Shown here in pieces: positions 41,975 through 53,952 of a DNA stretch of 64,000 nt. The notes beneath the pieces are model-generated. The model was not told the DNA's origin, ran no database searches, and was given only the letters and a program-made list of their open reading frames with translations. The DNA is from Malacoraja senta (lineage: Eukaryota). Each line of letters starts with the position of its first letter. Positions within the stretch are counted from its first letter, which is position 1. The stretch spans positions 312,001 through 376,000 of the forward strand of contig CM075992.1 of assembly GCA_038087875.1 (NCBI GenBank). Direction: 5' to 3'. Both the position numbers and the translations under genes were made by a program.

Positions 41975-43229
41975 CAGCTGTTCAGACAACTTCTGTGACA
42001 AGAGAAAATGCAGGGTTTGAGGTCTAGGCCTTGTACAGAACTGGGAAAGAGAGAAACAGAAAGAAGATGTGTCATGACCTGAAACGTCACCCATTCCTTC
42101 TTCTCCAGAGATGCCGCCTGTCCCGTTGAGTTACTCCAGCATTTTGTGTCCATCTATGAGAGAAACACGTTAGTTTTGGCAGCAGACTATGTGACGTGAT
42201 AGACAAGCACGAGGATTCCACTGGGAGCATGAAACTGAAATAATTAACGTAGATAAAGTCAGATGAAGTTTCTTTGATCAGTATTGTGTGCAATTCGGGT
42301 CACCCCATTGCAGGAAGGATGTGGAGGCTTTGGAAAGGGTGCGGAAGTTTACCAGGATGATGCCTGGTTACTCCAGCACATTGTCTTTTATTGTGAACCA
42401 GCATCTGCAATTCCTTGTGACACCAGGTGACTGTCAAAGGTGGAGGATAGACGTTAGCCTCACCAGGAAGGCCCACAGCCCACAAACATTTATTGTCTCG
42501 TTTTCACACCTTACCCTTCCTTATCTCTGTCTCCCTCTCCCCTCACTTTCAGTCTGAAGAAGGGTCTCGACCCGAAACATTACCTATTCCTTCTATCCAG
42601 AGATGCTACCTGTCTTGATGAGTTACTCCAGCATTTTATGTCTATCTTCATTGTAGACTGTTCATTCACCAGTTCGCTTGTGTTAACATACATTTCACTA
42701 GAATGCTGCCTGCATGAGGGAGTATTAACTACAAAAAGGTGTACAAACATGGATTGGTGTACAAACTGGAGCATCAGAGTCTGATGGGCACCTGATAGAC
42801 GTTTATAGAATACGTATATGTGAGAGGCATAGATAGGGTAGACAGTCTGAACTTTTGTTTTTCCGGGGTGGAAATTCAATGCCGAGAGGCCATAGGTTTA
42901 AAAATTAAATGTGGGGCAAGTTTAAATTTTGTAAAATTAAACTTGTTCAAACCAGAGCACAAGAAAGTGCTGGAGGAACTCAGTGGGTCGGGCAGCATCT
43001 GTGGAGGCAGAGGGACAGTCGAACCTGCTACACTCACCGTCTCCAAAGATGTTGCCCGACCCGCTGAGTACCTCCAGCTGTTTGTGTTACACTGCGGTTT
43101 ACAGCATCTGCGGCTCACAAACCACACGTCGAACCTTGACCGCTCCTAGCCTGTCCCCTCGCTCACCGCTCTTTCAGTCTGCGCATCGGTCAATAACGTA
43201 TTTTCACTTCTAACCCCACCACCCCCCAG

Positions 43230-43496
43230 ACACAGGCTGAGAGGGAGAGCGCGGCAGACCTGGGCCTTCAGGTGATGGAGCGATACTTCCCAGTGAGGTG
43301 CAGAGTGAGCGAGCAGCAAAGTGCGGTGGCCGGTGCTCAGAGCTTCCGCGTTTCGTTCTCTGGACTGGAGAAGAGAGAGGCCGGAGAGACGAACGCCCCT
43401 CACAACCACACCTGGGAACTGCTCTGTGATGCCGACAACATCTCACACATCCGTCGTGTAACAGGGGACGTGGGGACCACAGGAAGGAACAGATGA
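43230..43496 (+). CDS. SWSAP1: SWSAP1 exon 2 (C-terminus, stop TGA)
   Basis: accccccAG|TQAERESAADLGLQVMERYFPVRCRV...HTWELL...GRNR*. Continues VALQ|TQ in phase 0 and contains the RYFP..C motif. Confidence 0.85.
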   Translation, partial: TQAERESAADLGLQVMERYFPVRCRVSEQQSAVAGAQSFRVSFSGLEKREAGETNAPHNHTWELLCDADNISHIRRVTGDVGTTGRNR

Positions 43497-44515
43497 ATGA
43501 TTTATGGCCCACGTCGAAGACAAGAACATTTAGGAACTGTGTAGAAAAGAACTGCAATGCTGGTTTAAACCGATGATAGACACAAACTGCTGGAGTAACT
43601 CATCGGGACAGGCAGCATCTCTGGAGAGAAGGTCTCGACTCGAAATGTCACTCATTTCTTCTCTCCAGAAATGTTGCCTGTCCTGCTGAGTTACTCAGGT
43701 TTTTTGTGTCAAACATTTAGGAACTCATTGGATCAGAAAGAAGGTCCTGAACCGAAACATTGCCTGACCATACCCTCCACAGACGGTCTGACTCGCTGAG
43801 ACACTCCAGCACTTTGTTTACAGCTGCAAACCACAACAGAAGAACGTATTCTTCTGCTCCCTCAGTCATTCTCAACTTTAATTACAGACCTTGGGTTAAC
43901 AGCTATTTGTTTTACAATTACTCTCCCACTGACAACTCTACCACAAGCCCAGTTTGCTAACACAGGCTCTGAATCCTTACTTTGGAGATAATTAATATGC
44001 TGTGAAGCCCACTGGTGTACCGTTACACATTGTTGTTCCTTTCTAAAACCAATATAGATGGGGCAGGGCTGTGGCTTCCCAGGAGAGGTGAGTGATCATT
44101 GGAGGATGGTCTGGTTTGGAAGTGTGAACGACTAGGATCAGATTGGTCAACATTCAGACCAAATGGATACTAGAAACATAGACAATAGGTGCAGGAGTAG
44201 GTCATTCAGCCCTTCGAACAAGCACCGCCATTCAATATGATCATGGCTGATCATCCAGAATCAGTACCCCGTTCCTGCTTTTCTCCCATATCCTCGATTC
44301 TGTTAGCCCTTGATGTAGGAAATATTCTGTAATGCAGGCAGCATTCTAGTAAAATGTACGTTAACACAAGCGAGCCGGAGAAGGAACTGTCTACAATGAA
44401 GAAACTGAATGTATCAATGCCCCAGGGGACCTCTGCTTACTGTTGCCACATGGACAGGCACAAGGCACACGCCGGGTCTAGTATCAGTGGTCAAAGGGAC
44501 AGCTGTTCACAAATG

Positions 44516-45041
44516 GGTAGATCTTCACAAAGGGGCAGATCTTCACAAATGGGCAGATCTTCACAAATGAGATCTTCACAAATGAGATCTTTACAAAGGG
44601 GGAGATCTTCACAAAGGGGCAGATCTTCACAAAGCGGCAGATCTTCACAAATGAGATCTTCACAAATGAGATCTTCACAAAGGGGGAGATCTTCACAAAG
44701 GGGCAGATCTTCACAAAGGGGCAGATCTTCACAAATGGGCAGATCTTCACAAATGAGATCTTCACAAATGAGGATCTTCACAAAGGGGTAGATCTTCACA
44801 AATGGGCAGATCTTCACAAATGAGATCTTCACAAAGGGGGAGATCTTCACAAAGGGGCAGATCTTCACAAAGGGGGAGATCTTCACAAATGAGATCTTCA
44901 CAAAGGGGCAGATCTTCACAAATGAGATCTTCACAAAGGGGAGATCTTCACAAAGGGGCAGATCTTCACAAATGAGATCTTCACAAAGGGGGAGATCTTC
45001 ACAAAGGGGCAGATCTTCACAAAGGGGGAGATCTTCACAAA
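44516..45041 (+). repeat. 15-18-bp minisatellite with invariant core agatcttcacaa
   Basis: Core followed by atg, aggggc, aggggg or atgggc spacers. Confidence 0.93.
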
Positions 45042-46485
45042 GGAGACACTGGTTACTCTTCTCGTGAGGTTTAAAAGAAACCAAATGAGTTATGTTTTTC
45101 TAATTGCAAGGAAGAGTTGTTTTTGATGTTACTCGTTGACTTGACTGGAATAAAAGCAGCTGTTTGTTCTTTTATTTGTGTTTCTCTCCTGATGGACATC
45201 TGTCACACTTCCCCACCAGCAGCGAGTGTCTGCTCTCTCACGTCTAACAAACAACATTATAAAAGAAAATACAATTACACGTGATTTAAAACATCTGAAA
45301 ACGGCACTAATAAAAAGCATTATAATAAACTACAATAAGCGATAATATAAGGAATCACTTGGTTGAACTGGCCATTGCCATGGGGCTGTGACCTGCCTCA
45401 GTGAAGAGGGAGGTTGGACAGGCAGCCCTGGAGGGGAAGAGGGGATGGAGGGGGGTGATCATCCCATGGTCTCTGCAGTAGGATGGTACTCCAGTGTGGA
45501 GACCAGCTGTGAAGACAGTCATACATCTCGCCATTCAAGAAACATTTGGACAGGTACATGGACAGGACAGGTTTAGAGGGATATGGGCCAAATGCAGGCA
45601 GGTGGGACTAGTGTAGATGGGGCATGTTGGTCGGCATGGGCAAGTTGGGCCGAAGGGCCAGTTTCCATGCTGTATGACTCTGACTATACAGCAGTGGGAG
45701 GAAACCGGAGCATCCAGAAGTAACCTACTTGGTCACAGGGAGAACGTGCAAACCACACAGACAGCACCCGAGGTCAGGATCGAACCTGGGTCTCCAGCGC
45801 TGTGAAACAGTGGCTCCATCCGCTGTACCATTATGCTGTCTAAAGTCTACAATCCTTGGTTTGGCCGATACTTGCCACCAGGCTCCCCTGTGCCTTTGGG
45901 TATTAAATACCCCAGGAAAAAGTCCAGCAAGTCCTTCACTTCAAGATCCTGAACAACCAATACATAAATAAGGAATCTTTAACTGCAGTAAAGGCACCAT
46001 GCACACACATGTTGTTTTTCAAATGCCTGATCTCCATCTACAACAACACTGCTGTGTCCTCGAGAGATAACAGCGTCACTCCAGTAGTACACAGGAATGT
46101 ACAATGTGGTTTCAGCGACCGACGGCTTTAAAATGGGCACTCGTTATTTCTGTGTTGTGTTCCAGGGATTGAGGTGGGAATTTGACACCACAGAGGTAAT
46201 TGGTTCATGAGCTTGGGGATTTCTACTGTGCAAGAACTCATGGAGAAAATGTTTCATCTTCAATGGCAGGGTTCCTCAGAGATCAGTCCTCTCTCCCGCC
46301 ACCAGCCTTGCCGTCAGGAATGACCTTCCATCTTATCGTCATGACACATTTGACCCAGTGTGTCTCACAAGGGACGAGCGAGTGCAGAACTACGAGGGAT
46401 GTGGGAGGAGGAGATAACCGATCGTGCATGTGAGCACATTGCATCTGAACACACACCCTGATGTGGCCTCACCACTGTGTCTCAT

Positions 46486-46945
46486 TTAGTTTAGAGATAC
46501 AGCGCTGAAACAGGCCCTTCGGCCCACCGGGTCCCTGCCGCCCAGCGATCCCCGCACATTAATACTATCCTACGCACACTGGTCTAGCGACTATTTTACA
46601 TTAATACCAAGCCAATTAACCCCACCCCCTATCAGTCTGAAGAAGGGTTTCGGCCCGAAACGTTGCCTATTTCCTTCGCTCCATAGATGCTGCTGCACCC
46701 GCTGAGTTTCTCCAGCATTTTTGTGTACCTTCGATTTTCCAGCATCTGCAGTTCCTTCTTTAACACAATTAACCTACAAACCTGTACGTCTTTGGAGTGT
46801 GGGAGGAAACCGTAGATCTCAGAAAACAAACCACACGGTCACAGGGAGAATGTACAAACTCCGTAGACAGCACCCGTAGTCGGGATCGAACCAGGGTCTC
46901 TGGCGCTGTGGGGCAGCAACTCTATCGCTGCGCCACCGTGCCGCC
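46486..46945 (-). mobile_element. HE1/V-SINE-type SINE interrupted by a Penelope-derived insert (46622-46765)
   Basis: The SINE resumes after the insert; 9-bp duplication caattaacc at 46613-46621 and 46766-46774. Confidence 0.8.
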
Positions 46946-48140
46946 CAGCTCCAGCACTCCACTTGCTTTCAACATGTGCTTGTTTAAACGGATCATGACA
47001 TCTTCCTTGGTAATCCTTCCCCAGTCTGAGGGTGTTGGCAAGAGGGAACCTGGTTCATCCTCCCTTCCTTAATTGTGGGAAGGGGTGGAGGTGGGGGTTG
47101 GCAGCAACTAGCCATGGAGATGAACCTCACCTCCAGGTCAGTTACTAGCTAGCAGAAGTGGCCTTGTGATGGAGCCCATGATCAGAAGGTATGCAGAACA
47201 CTGGGGAAGGTCAAGGCCATGTGGACAAAGCCACCCAGTGATGAAAGGCCAGACAACAACATTTCAACAATGATTACCTGCTGATGAGCAAGTTGACAGC
47301 ATATCCAGGAGACGAGGAGTTCAACAGTGCTCTAAATCAAACATTCTCATCAATTAAAGATCTCTGGAGAACATGGATAGGTGACGTTTCACAGAGTGCT
47401 GGAGTAACTCAGCGGGTCAGGCAGCATCTCTGGAGAACATGGATAGGTGACGTTTCACAGAGTGCTGGAGTAACTCAGCGGGTCAGGCAGCATCTGTGGA
47501 GAACATGGATAGGTGACGTTTCACAGTGCTGGAGTAACTCAGCGGGTCAGGCAGCATCTGTGGAGAACATGGATAGGTGACGTTTCAGGTCGGGATCATT
47601 CTTCAGACTTGAAACGTCACCTATCCACGTTCCCTAGGGATGCTGCCTGCCCCGCTGAGTTACTCCAGCACTTTGTACCTTTTCTTTGTAAACCAGCAAC
47701 TGCAGTTCCCTGAGTCTACATTCTCGTCAGTATATTGTTTTGCTTCACTGCTGTGGCCTGTCCATGGACTCCGCGAGTTCACACCATGTCCACCTTCCCT
47801 CTGTACAAACCTCAGGCACAGAACTGCCCCTCACTGTTTTTAAAATGACGCAAACATATTTTATAGATTTAAATAAGTGCAAAGATGCGAAATAAATCAA
47901 TTTCAGGTTTATTTATATAAACAAATCTGTACAAAATAAGGATCAGGTAATAGTTGAATAAAAACATTTACAATAAGTTTGTAATAAAATATGTTTTGTA
48001 AGAAAATACTTCTATAAATCAGTTATATTTACAGTAATGTGCTCTTCGAACCAAATGATTTTGGACTAACAAATGGAAAAGGTTGTTTAAATAGTGAGCA
48101 GTCCCTCACCAAACATCTGCTGCTGGACTGACTGACAGTA

Positions 48141-48940
48141 CAAGATACAAGATACATTTATTGTCACATGTACCAATAGGTAGTGGAATGTGTGGTCGCC
48201 ATACAGCCATACGAATAATAAAGAGCACAGAACACGATAGTTTTTTAACACAGACATCCCCACACAGCGGGATCAAAGTTTCCCCACTGTGAGGGAAGGC
48301 TCCAAAATTCAGTCATCCTCCTCTGTTGTCCTCCCGTGGTCGGGGGGCTCCTGAACCTCCCGCTTTCGCCGCTACGGGCGGCCCGATGTACAAGCCCGCT
48401 CGCCGGGGTGATGGAAGTCCGACGTCGGGACTGGAGGACATCGCAGCTTGGACATCCGAAACGGCCACCTCCTACCAGAGTCCGCGGCTCCCGAAGTCCA
48501 CAGGCCGCGCCGGGCGGAGATTCAACGCTGGCGGCCCTCGGCAAATGGCCACAGGTCTCCGCAATGTTGAAGACAGCGCCGGCCGCGCTGGAAGCTCTGC
48601 AGCTCCGATGTAGATGCAGCAGGCCCAACCCTCCGGAGCCTCCACGGCGATCCCAGGTAAGGCATCGCCCGCTCCGCTGTGAATCCAGTGCTGCGCCGCC
48701 GCTGCTGGAGCTCTGGTCCCGGTCCCCGGCAGGAAAGGCCGCTCCAATCCAGGTGGTAGGCCGCGAGGAGGAGGGGGCGACTCGGAGAATAGTCGCGTCC
48801 TCGCCAGGAAGTGACTGGGAAACGGTTTCCCCCTTACCCTACACCGCTCCCCCACATAGAAAAGTTAGAGAAACTAAAGAAACATACTTTTAAAACTAAC
48901 TAAAAATAAAAAAAGATAGAAAAACAAACAGACTGTAGGC
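48141..48940 (-). mobile_element. CpG-rich interspersed repeat, relative of 26180-27190
   Basis: Shared cccagg.aaggcatcgcccgctc and caggaaa.gccgctcca...ggtaggccgc blocks; minus strand ends gtacatgtgacaataaatgtatcttgtatcttg. Confidence 0.55.
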
Positions 48941-49940
48941 AGACAGTAGTTTTGTAAAACTCATTAATGATAGTTTCTTGCTGACGGTTTGATGTGGATG
49001 CGTTTCGTTCCCATCTGTGGAGCGATGGCAAACTCACATGGATATTACACATCTCTGTCCCAGGTTTGAACTGCTGAGTTCCTCCAGTTTGCTTGTTTTC
49101 TCCAGAAGGCGGGAGAATGGGGTTGAGAAGGAGAGATAGATCGGCCATGATTGAATGGCGGAGTAGACTCGATGGGCCGAATGGTCTAATTCTGCTCCTA
49201 TAACCCTTTAAACATGAGGTTTAGCTCTGGGATGCAGAAGTTGGTTGTGCTGTTTGTTGCTGAGCCAGTAGGGCAAGGAGCCAGTTTCCCCAGGTGTATC
49301 AGCGTCTCAGAGCAGGTGACCCACAGTGCAATGCGCTCGGATGGTTCATCTCCAGAGAGGGTGTGGAGACCACACCCTCACCGTCAGACCTCACTGAGAG
49401 GCAAGAGCTCGCAGCCAAGGCAGAGTTAGCACTGTGGGCTCCCACTGAGGCAAATGTAACTCAAGTCACCCAACATCCTTGGGATTGGTCCTGAATGTGG
49501 TTGATGTGATGTGGTTTCCCCAGAAAGGAACCTTGTCTGCCTGTCCACCATCTCCTCGGCATGTGCGTCCTGCAGGTATAATTGTCCATCTCTCACCGTC
49601 AGGTTCATCGTGAGGCCTCCATCTCTCCCTCCTCTCCGCCCCACTGCATGGACTTGTACTGAGCAGACTGTTTTATGGGTGTTGTTTTGGAAAGATGCAG
49701 GTTCCATGTGGAAGTCCCTCTGTGGCCCAAAGTTGCAGCTGTCCCTGTGTAAGTTGCACGGGTCTATCAACCCTGCACGTCAAGGTGAGTTGGCCGCTTC
49801 ACCTGTAGAGTCCCCAGGTAGCAGGTGGTGCCACCTGTGTGCCCTGCCCACCTTCTGGGCTAACAATAGGTGTCTGAGTGAAGTTCAGCTCTGTGTTGCC
49901 CCACTGTGGGCAACCTCTCTCTAGCATGGTCTTTTGCCAC

Positions 49941-50696
49941 TCAGGCCTGGACATGGAAGGCATTTGGGGCAAGGGTGTTCTCACGGACATCTTCCCTTTT
50001 ACAGAGATTGGTGTAAATGTCAGCGTCTGACTTACTGACGTATGATGGGAAGTAGTTGAGGCTGAAATCGGCAGAGACACCGGAATCCAGCATGAGGAGA
50101 TAAGGGTGGTTTGTGTTCCCCAGAACTCCCTCCGAGGGATTGGGGTACAGGAGACGTCCAGTGGGATCACACTTGGCATAGTCGAACGTTCCACAGGAGT
50201 CTGGACTCTCCTGGCCAATCCCGCTGGACTGTGAGGACTGCAGGGAGAGGGAGGGGTGTTGCAGGGAGATTCCCTCCCCCTCCTCGGGGATGGGCTCTCT
50301 CCGACGCTTTGTGCCAGGATTCATGAACAACAACTGTAGTGGCATCTCCTCCTCCGACACGTCGCTGCTGCCCTGACCGGGGCTATGGGCCTCAGGAAGC
50401 CCGTGGTCACTGGGCAAGAGGTTCTGGTTGAGGACCACGTAGGCTGCCCTGCTGTTGGCTGTTGACACCAGGGGGTCTGGGGCCTTGCTCCCATCCATTG
50501 GTCCCCACTGATGCTGCAACTTGAAGGCTTCAGACTCACACAGCAGGAAGGTGCGATCATCGTGGAAGATATCGTGACGTTTGCTCCAGGCCAAGCGTGG
50601 CGGAAACGTCTTGATCTCGGACAACACCTCCAGGGCCATGGAAGGGTCATCGGTGCTGAAGAACTGCTGGTTCCACCAGACACCACCAAGCCACTC
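49941..50696 (-). CDS. EPOR: Erythropoietin receptor, exon 8 (cytoplasmic tail, stop)
   Basis: ctctgcAG|EWLGG..LEVLSE (Box2)...AYVVL...FDY...DP...YLLMLDSGVSADFS...FHVQA*. Confidence 0.92.
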   Translation of the reverse strand, partial: EWLGGVWWNQQFFSTDDPSMALEVLSEIKTFPPRLAWSKRHDIFHDDRTFLLCESEAFKLQHQWGPMDGSKAPDPLVSTANSRAAYVVLNQNLLPSDHGLPEAHSPGQGSSDVSEEEMPLQLLFMNPGTKRRREPIPEEGEGISLQHPSLSLQSSQSSGIGQESPDSCGTFDYAKCDPTGRLLYPNPSEGVLGNTNHPYLLMLDSGVSADFSLNYFPSYVSKSDADIYTNLCKREDVRENTLAPNAFHVQA

Positions 50697-50785
50697 CTGC
50701 AGAGAGGAAACAGTGCAGTCACTCACAGGAAAAGTGGACACGGTGAAGTTAGCACACTGGAAATGGATCAAATGGTGAGACACAA

Positions 50786-51530
50786 TGAAGATAGACACAA
50801 ATGCTGGAGTAACTCAGTGAACAGAATCACCAAATGCTGGAGTAACTCGGTGAAGAGAGACACAAATGCCAGAGTAACTCAGTGAAGAGAGACACAAAAT
50901 TCTGGAGTAACTCAGTGAAGAGAGACACCAAATGCTGGAGTAACAGTGCAGATAGACACAAATGCCGGAGTAACTCAGTGAAGATAGACACAAATGCTGG
51001 AGTAACTCAGTGAACAGAATCACCAAATGCTGGAGTAACTCGGTGAAGAGAGACACCAAATGCTGGAGTTACCCAGTGAAGAGAGACACCAAATGCTGGA
51101 GTAACTCAGTGAACAGAATCACCAAATGCTGGAGTAACTCAGTGAAGAGAGACACAAATGCCGGAGTAACTCAGTGAAGAGAGACACAAATGCCGGAGTA
51201 ACTCAGTGAAGAGAGACACAAAATGCTGGAGTAACTCAGTGAAGAGAGACAGAAATGCTGGAGTAACTCAGTGAAGATAGACACAAAATGCTGGAGTAAC
51301 TCAGTGAAGAGAGACAGAAATGCTGGAGTAACTCAGTGAAGATAGACACAAAATGCTGGAGTAACTCAGTGAAGAGAGACACAAATGCCGGAGTAACTCA
51401 GTGAAGAGAGACACAAAATGCTGGAGTAACTCAGTGAAGAGAGACAGAAATGCTGGAGTAACTCAGTGAAGATAGACACAAAATGCTGGAGTAACTCAGT
51501 GAAGATAGACACAAAATGCTGGAGTAACGC
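50786..51530 (+). repeat. 32-33-bp tandem array derived from the Penelope-type element arm
   Basis: Unit gaagagagacac(a)aatgctggagtaactcagt, about 23 copies, in EPOR intron 7. Confidence 0.93.
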
Positions 51531-51652
51531 AGTGCGACCGGCAGCAACTCTGGAGAAAAGGAATGTGTACTATGCTTCATTGTTGGCTGAGGGGAAGGTG
51601 ACAATGAGGCATACAATCAGGAGGGGGAGAGGGAGAGGGAGAGGGAGAGGGA

Positions 51653-51689
<37 letters not shown>

Positions 51690-51912
51690 GCCATGAATTA
51701 GGCCATTCGGCCCATCATGTCTACTCCGCCATTCAATCATGGTTGATCTATCTCTCCCTCCTAACCCCATTCTCCTGCCTTCTCCGCATAACCTCTGACA
51801 CCCGTACTAATCAGGAATCCCTCAATCACAGTTTTAAATAAACCCACTGACTTGGTCTGCACAGCCCTCTGTGGGAATGAGGTGGCGACGGAGGAGAATG
51901 AGAAGTATTTAC

Positions 51913-52000
51913 CTGAAAGTTTCCCATGTACACGGTGAACAGTCCGTCAAACATGTTGTCCGGGGAGGGGATCCGTGGCCAGAAGATTTCTTTTATCATC
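51913..52000 (-). CDS. EPOR: EPOR exon 7 (Box1, 88 nt)
   Basis: cacAG|(R)MIKEIFWPRIPSPDNMFDGLFTVYMGNFQ|gtaaat. Confidence 0.94.
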
Positions 52001-52262
52001 CTGTGAATGACAAGGATTGAGTTCAGCGCTGAACCAAGATAAACCTTGCATTTCCCGTCCAGGTTTGGACCTGGCTCTCCAATGTAGCGCGATGTACTGG
52101 GGTCATGCACGTCATGGTCAGGTTTACTCGGAATACCCCACAATGTGTCGTGTGTTTATAGTTGTTGTGGTAACATACCAGTAAAGCTGCAGCAAGGAAG
52201 AATTTCATCCTTCCCCTTCATCTCTGGTGCGTAGAAATAAAGAACTGCAGTTGCTGGTTAAT

Positions 52263-52836
52263 ACCTGCAGTGGGAGAGGTGTACCTGTGGTGGAACAGGT
52301 GTACGTGCCGGGCAGGTGTGTATCTGTGGTGGGAGGGGTGTACCTGTGGTGGGAGGGGTATACCTGGCGGGGCAGGAGGGTATCTGCAGTGAGAGGGGTA
52401 TACCTGGTGGGGCAGGGGTGTACCCGCGGTGGAAGGGGTGTACCTGGCGGGGCAGGTGGGTACCTGCGGGGGAGGGGTGTACCTGCGGAGGAGGGGTGTA
52501 CCTGCGGAGGAGGGGTGTACCTATGGAGGGGTGTACCTGTGGAGGAGAGGTGTACCTGTGGAGGAGCGGTGTACCTGTGGAGGAGGGTGTACCTGTGGAG
52601 GAGGGGTGTACCTGTGGAAGAGGGGTGTACCTGTGGAGGAGGGGTGTACCTGTGGAGGAGGGGTGTACCTGTGGAGGAGGGGTGTACCTGTGGAGGAGGG
52701 GTGTACCTGTGGAGGAGGGGTGTACCTGTGGAGGAGGGGTGTACCTGTGGAGGGGTGTACCTGTGGAGGAGGGGTGTACCTGTGGAGGAGGGGTGTACCT
52801 GTGGAGGAGGGGTGTACCTGGCAAGGACAAGTGTAC
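52263..52836 (-). repeat. 19-bp minisatellite abutting the EPOR exon 6 donor
   Basis: Plus-strand unit gtacctgtggaggaggggt, about 30 copies. Confidence 0.93.
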
Positions 52837-52924
52837 CTGCGATGGGAGAGGAGAACCATCAGCAGCAGCAGGGCGGTGATCAGGATGAGCACGGTGGTTA
52901 GGCTGATGATCAGCGGGTCCAGGT
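52837..52924 (-). CDS. EPOR: EPOR exon 6 (transmembrane, 88 nt)
   Basis: ttgcAG|(D)LDPLIISLTTVLILITALLLLMVLLSHR(R)|gtacac; DLDPL...LLSHRR is the EPOR transmembrane signature. Confidence 0.95.
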
Positions 52925-53086
52925 CTGCAAGACAGCAACACACAGTGTTAGAGTTAGTGTCAGTGTTTGAGTCCCCCCTCTCTTGTCTTCCCCCCTCTGC
53001 TCCCTCCCCCCCTCCCCCTTTCCGGGCAAGAAACAGGATTTGGTGCTGAGCAGTAGATCACCAGGTGAGGTGGCTGAGATCAGTAC

Positions 53087-53240
53087 CTGAATCAGTGAAG
53101 GCAGACACTGGCTTGGACCAGGACGTCCAGTATCCGTCCATGGACACTCCATCTGGCTTTGCCCGGATACTGACCACATACTCCGACTGGGGCTTCAGCT
53201 TCACGATGATACACTCCGTCTTCCCTTTGACGGTTTCCAC
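53087..53240 (-). CDS. EPOR: EPOR exon 5 (FnIII D2, WSXWS-type motif, 154 nt)
   Basis: ctgtAG|VETVKGKTECIIVKLKPQSEYVVSIRAKPDGVSMDGYWTSWSKPVSAFTDS|gtactg. Confidence 0.94.
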
Positions 53241-53671
53241 CTACAGAGGAGAGATGTTACTGATACCTGTTCCCCCATGGCCACGTGTACAAGAGTTCAA
53301 GAGGCCTCTCTCCTGCATCAGGTGTGGATTTACATATTCACCACACAGCGGGACCCAGACAGGTGTGACCCGCTAGTCCCAGGTACCACACAGGTGATGT
53401 CTCACTTCCTCCATTAACCTACGCTGCCTTAATTTTCATAAGTTCATAAGTGATAGGAGCAGAATTAGACCTTCCTGCCCATCAAGTCTACTCCACCATT
53501 CAATCATACCTGATCTATCTCTCCTAACCCCATTCTCCTGCCTTCTCCCCATAACCTCTGACACCCGCACTAATCACGAATCTATCTATCTCTGCCTTAA
53601 AAATATCCACTGACGGCCTCCACAGCCTATTTTGTGTTGATAATTTGCATTGTCCACCTCTCACTGTGGTC

Positions 53672-53930
53672 CGACGGAGTAAGTGGACAGTGGACGCATT
53701 GAGTGGACGGAGTAAGTGGACGCTGTGAGTGGATGCAGGGAGTGGACGGAGTGAGTGGACGGAGTAAGTGGACAGTGGACGCATTGAGTGGACGGAGTAA
53801 GTGGACGGAGTGAGTTGATGCAGGGAGTGGACGGAGTGAGTGGACGGAGTAAGTGGACAGTGGACGCATTGAGTGGACGGAGTAAGTGGACGGAGTGAGT
53901 GGATGCAGGGAGTGGACGGAGTGAGTGGAC
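53672..53930 (+). repeat. 12-13-bp gtggac-based minisatellite with higher-order pattern
   Basis: gtggacggagtaa / gtggacgcattga / gtggatgcaggga units in EPOR intron 4. Confidence 0.88.
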
Positions 53931-53952
53931 ATGGGCAGACTGCGACCAGTAC

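Noticed and set aside
44484..45084. Regular repeat with conserved core, CRISPR-like at a glance; CEDLP/VKIS ORFs
   Set aside because: Spacers are 3-6 nt and recurrent rather than unique; vertebrate context; no cas genes.
52227..53049. GGVYLW/EEGCTC repeat ORFs (also 55960-56623)
   Set aside because: Antisense translations of EPOR intronic minisatellites.
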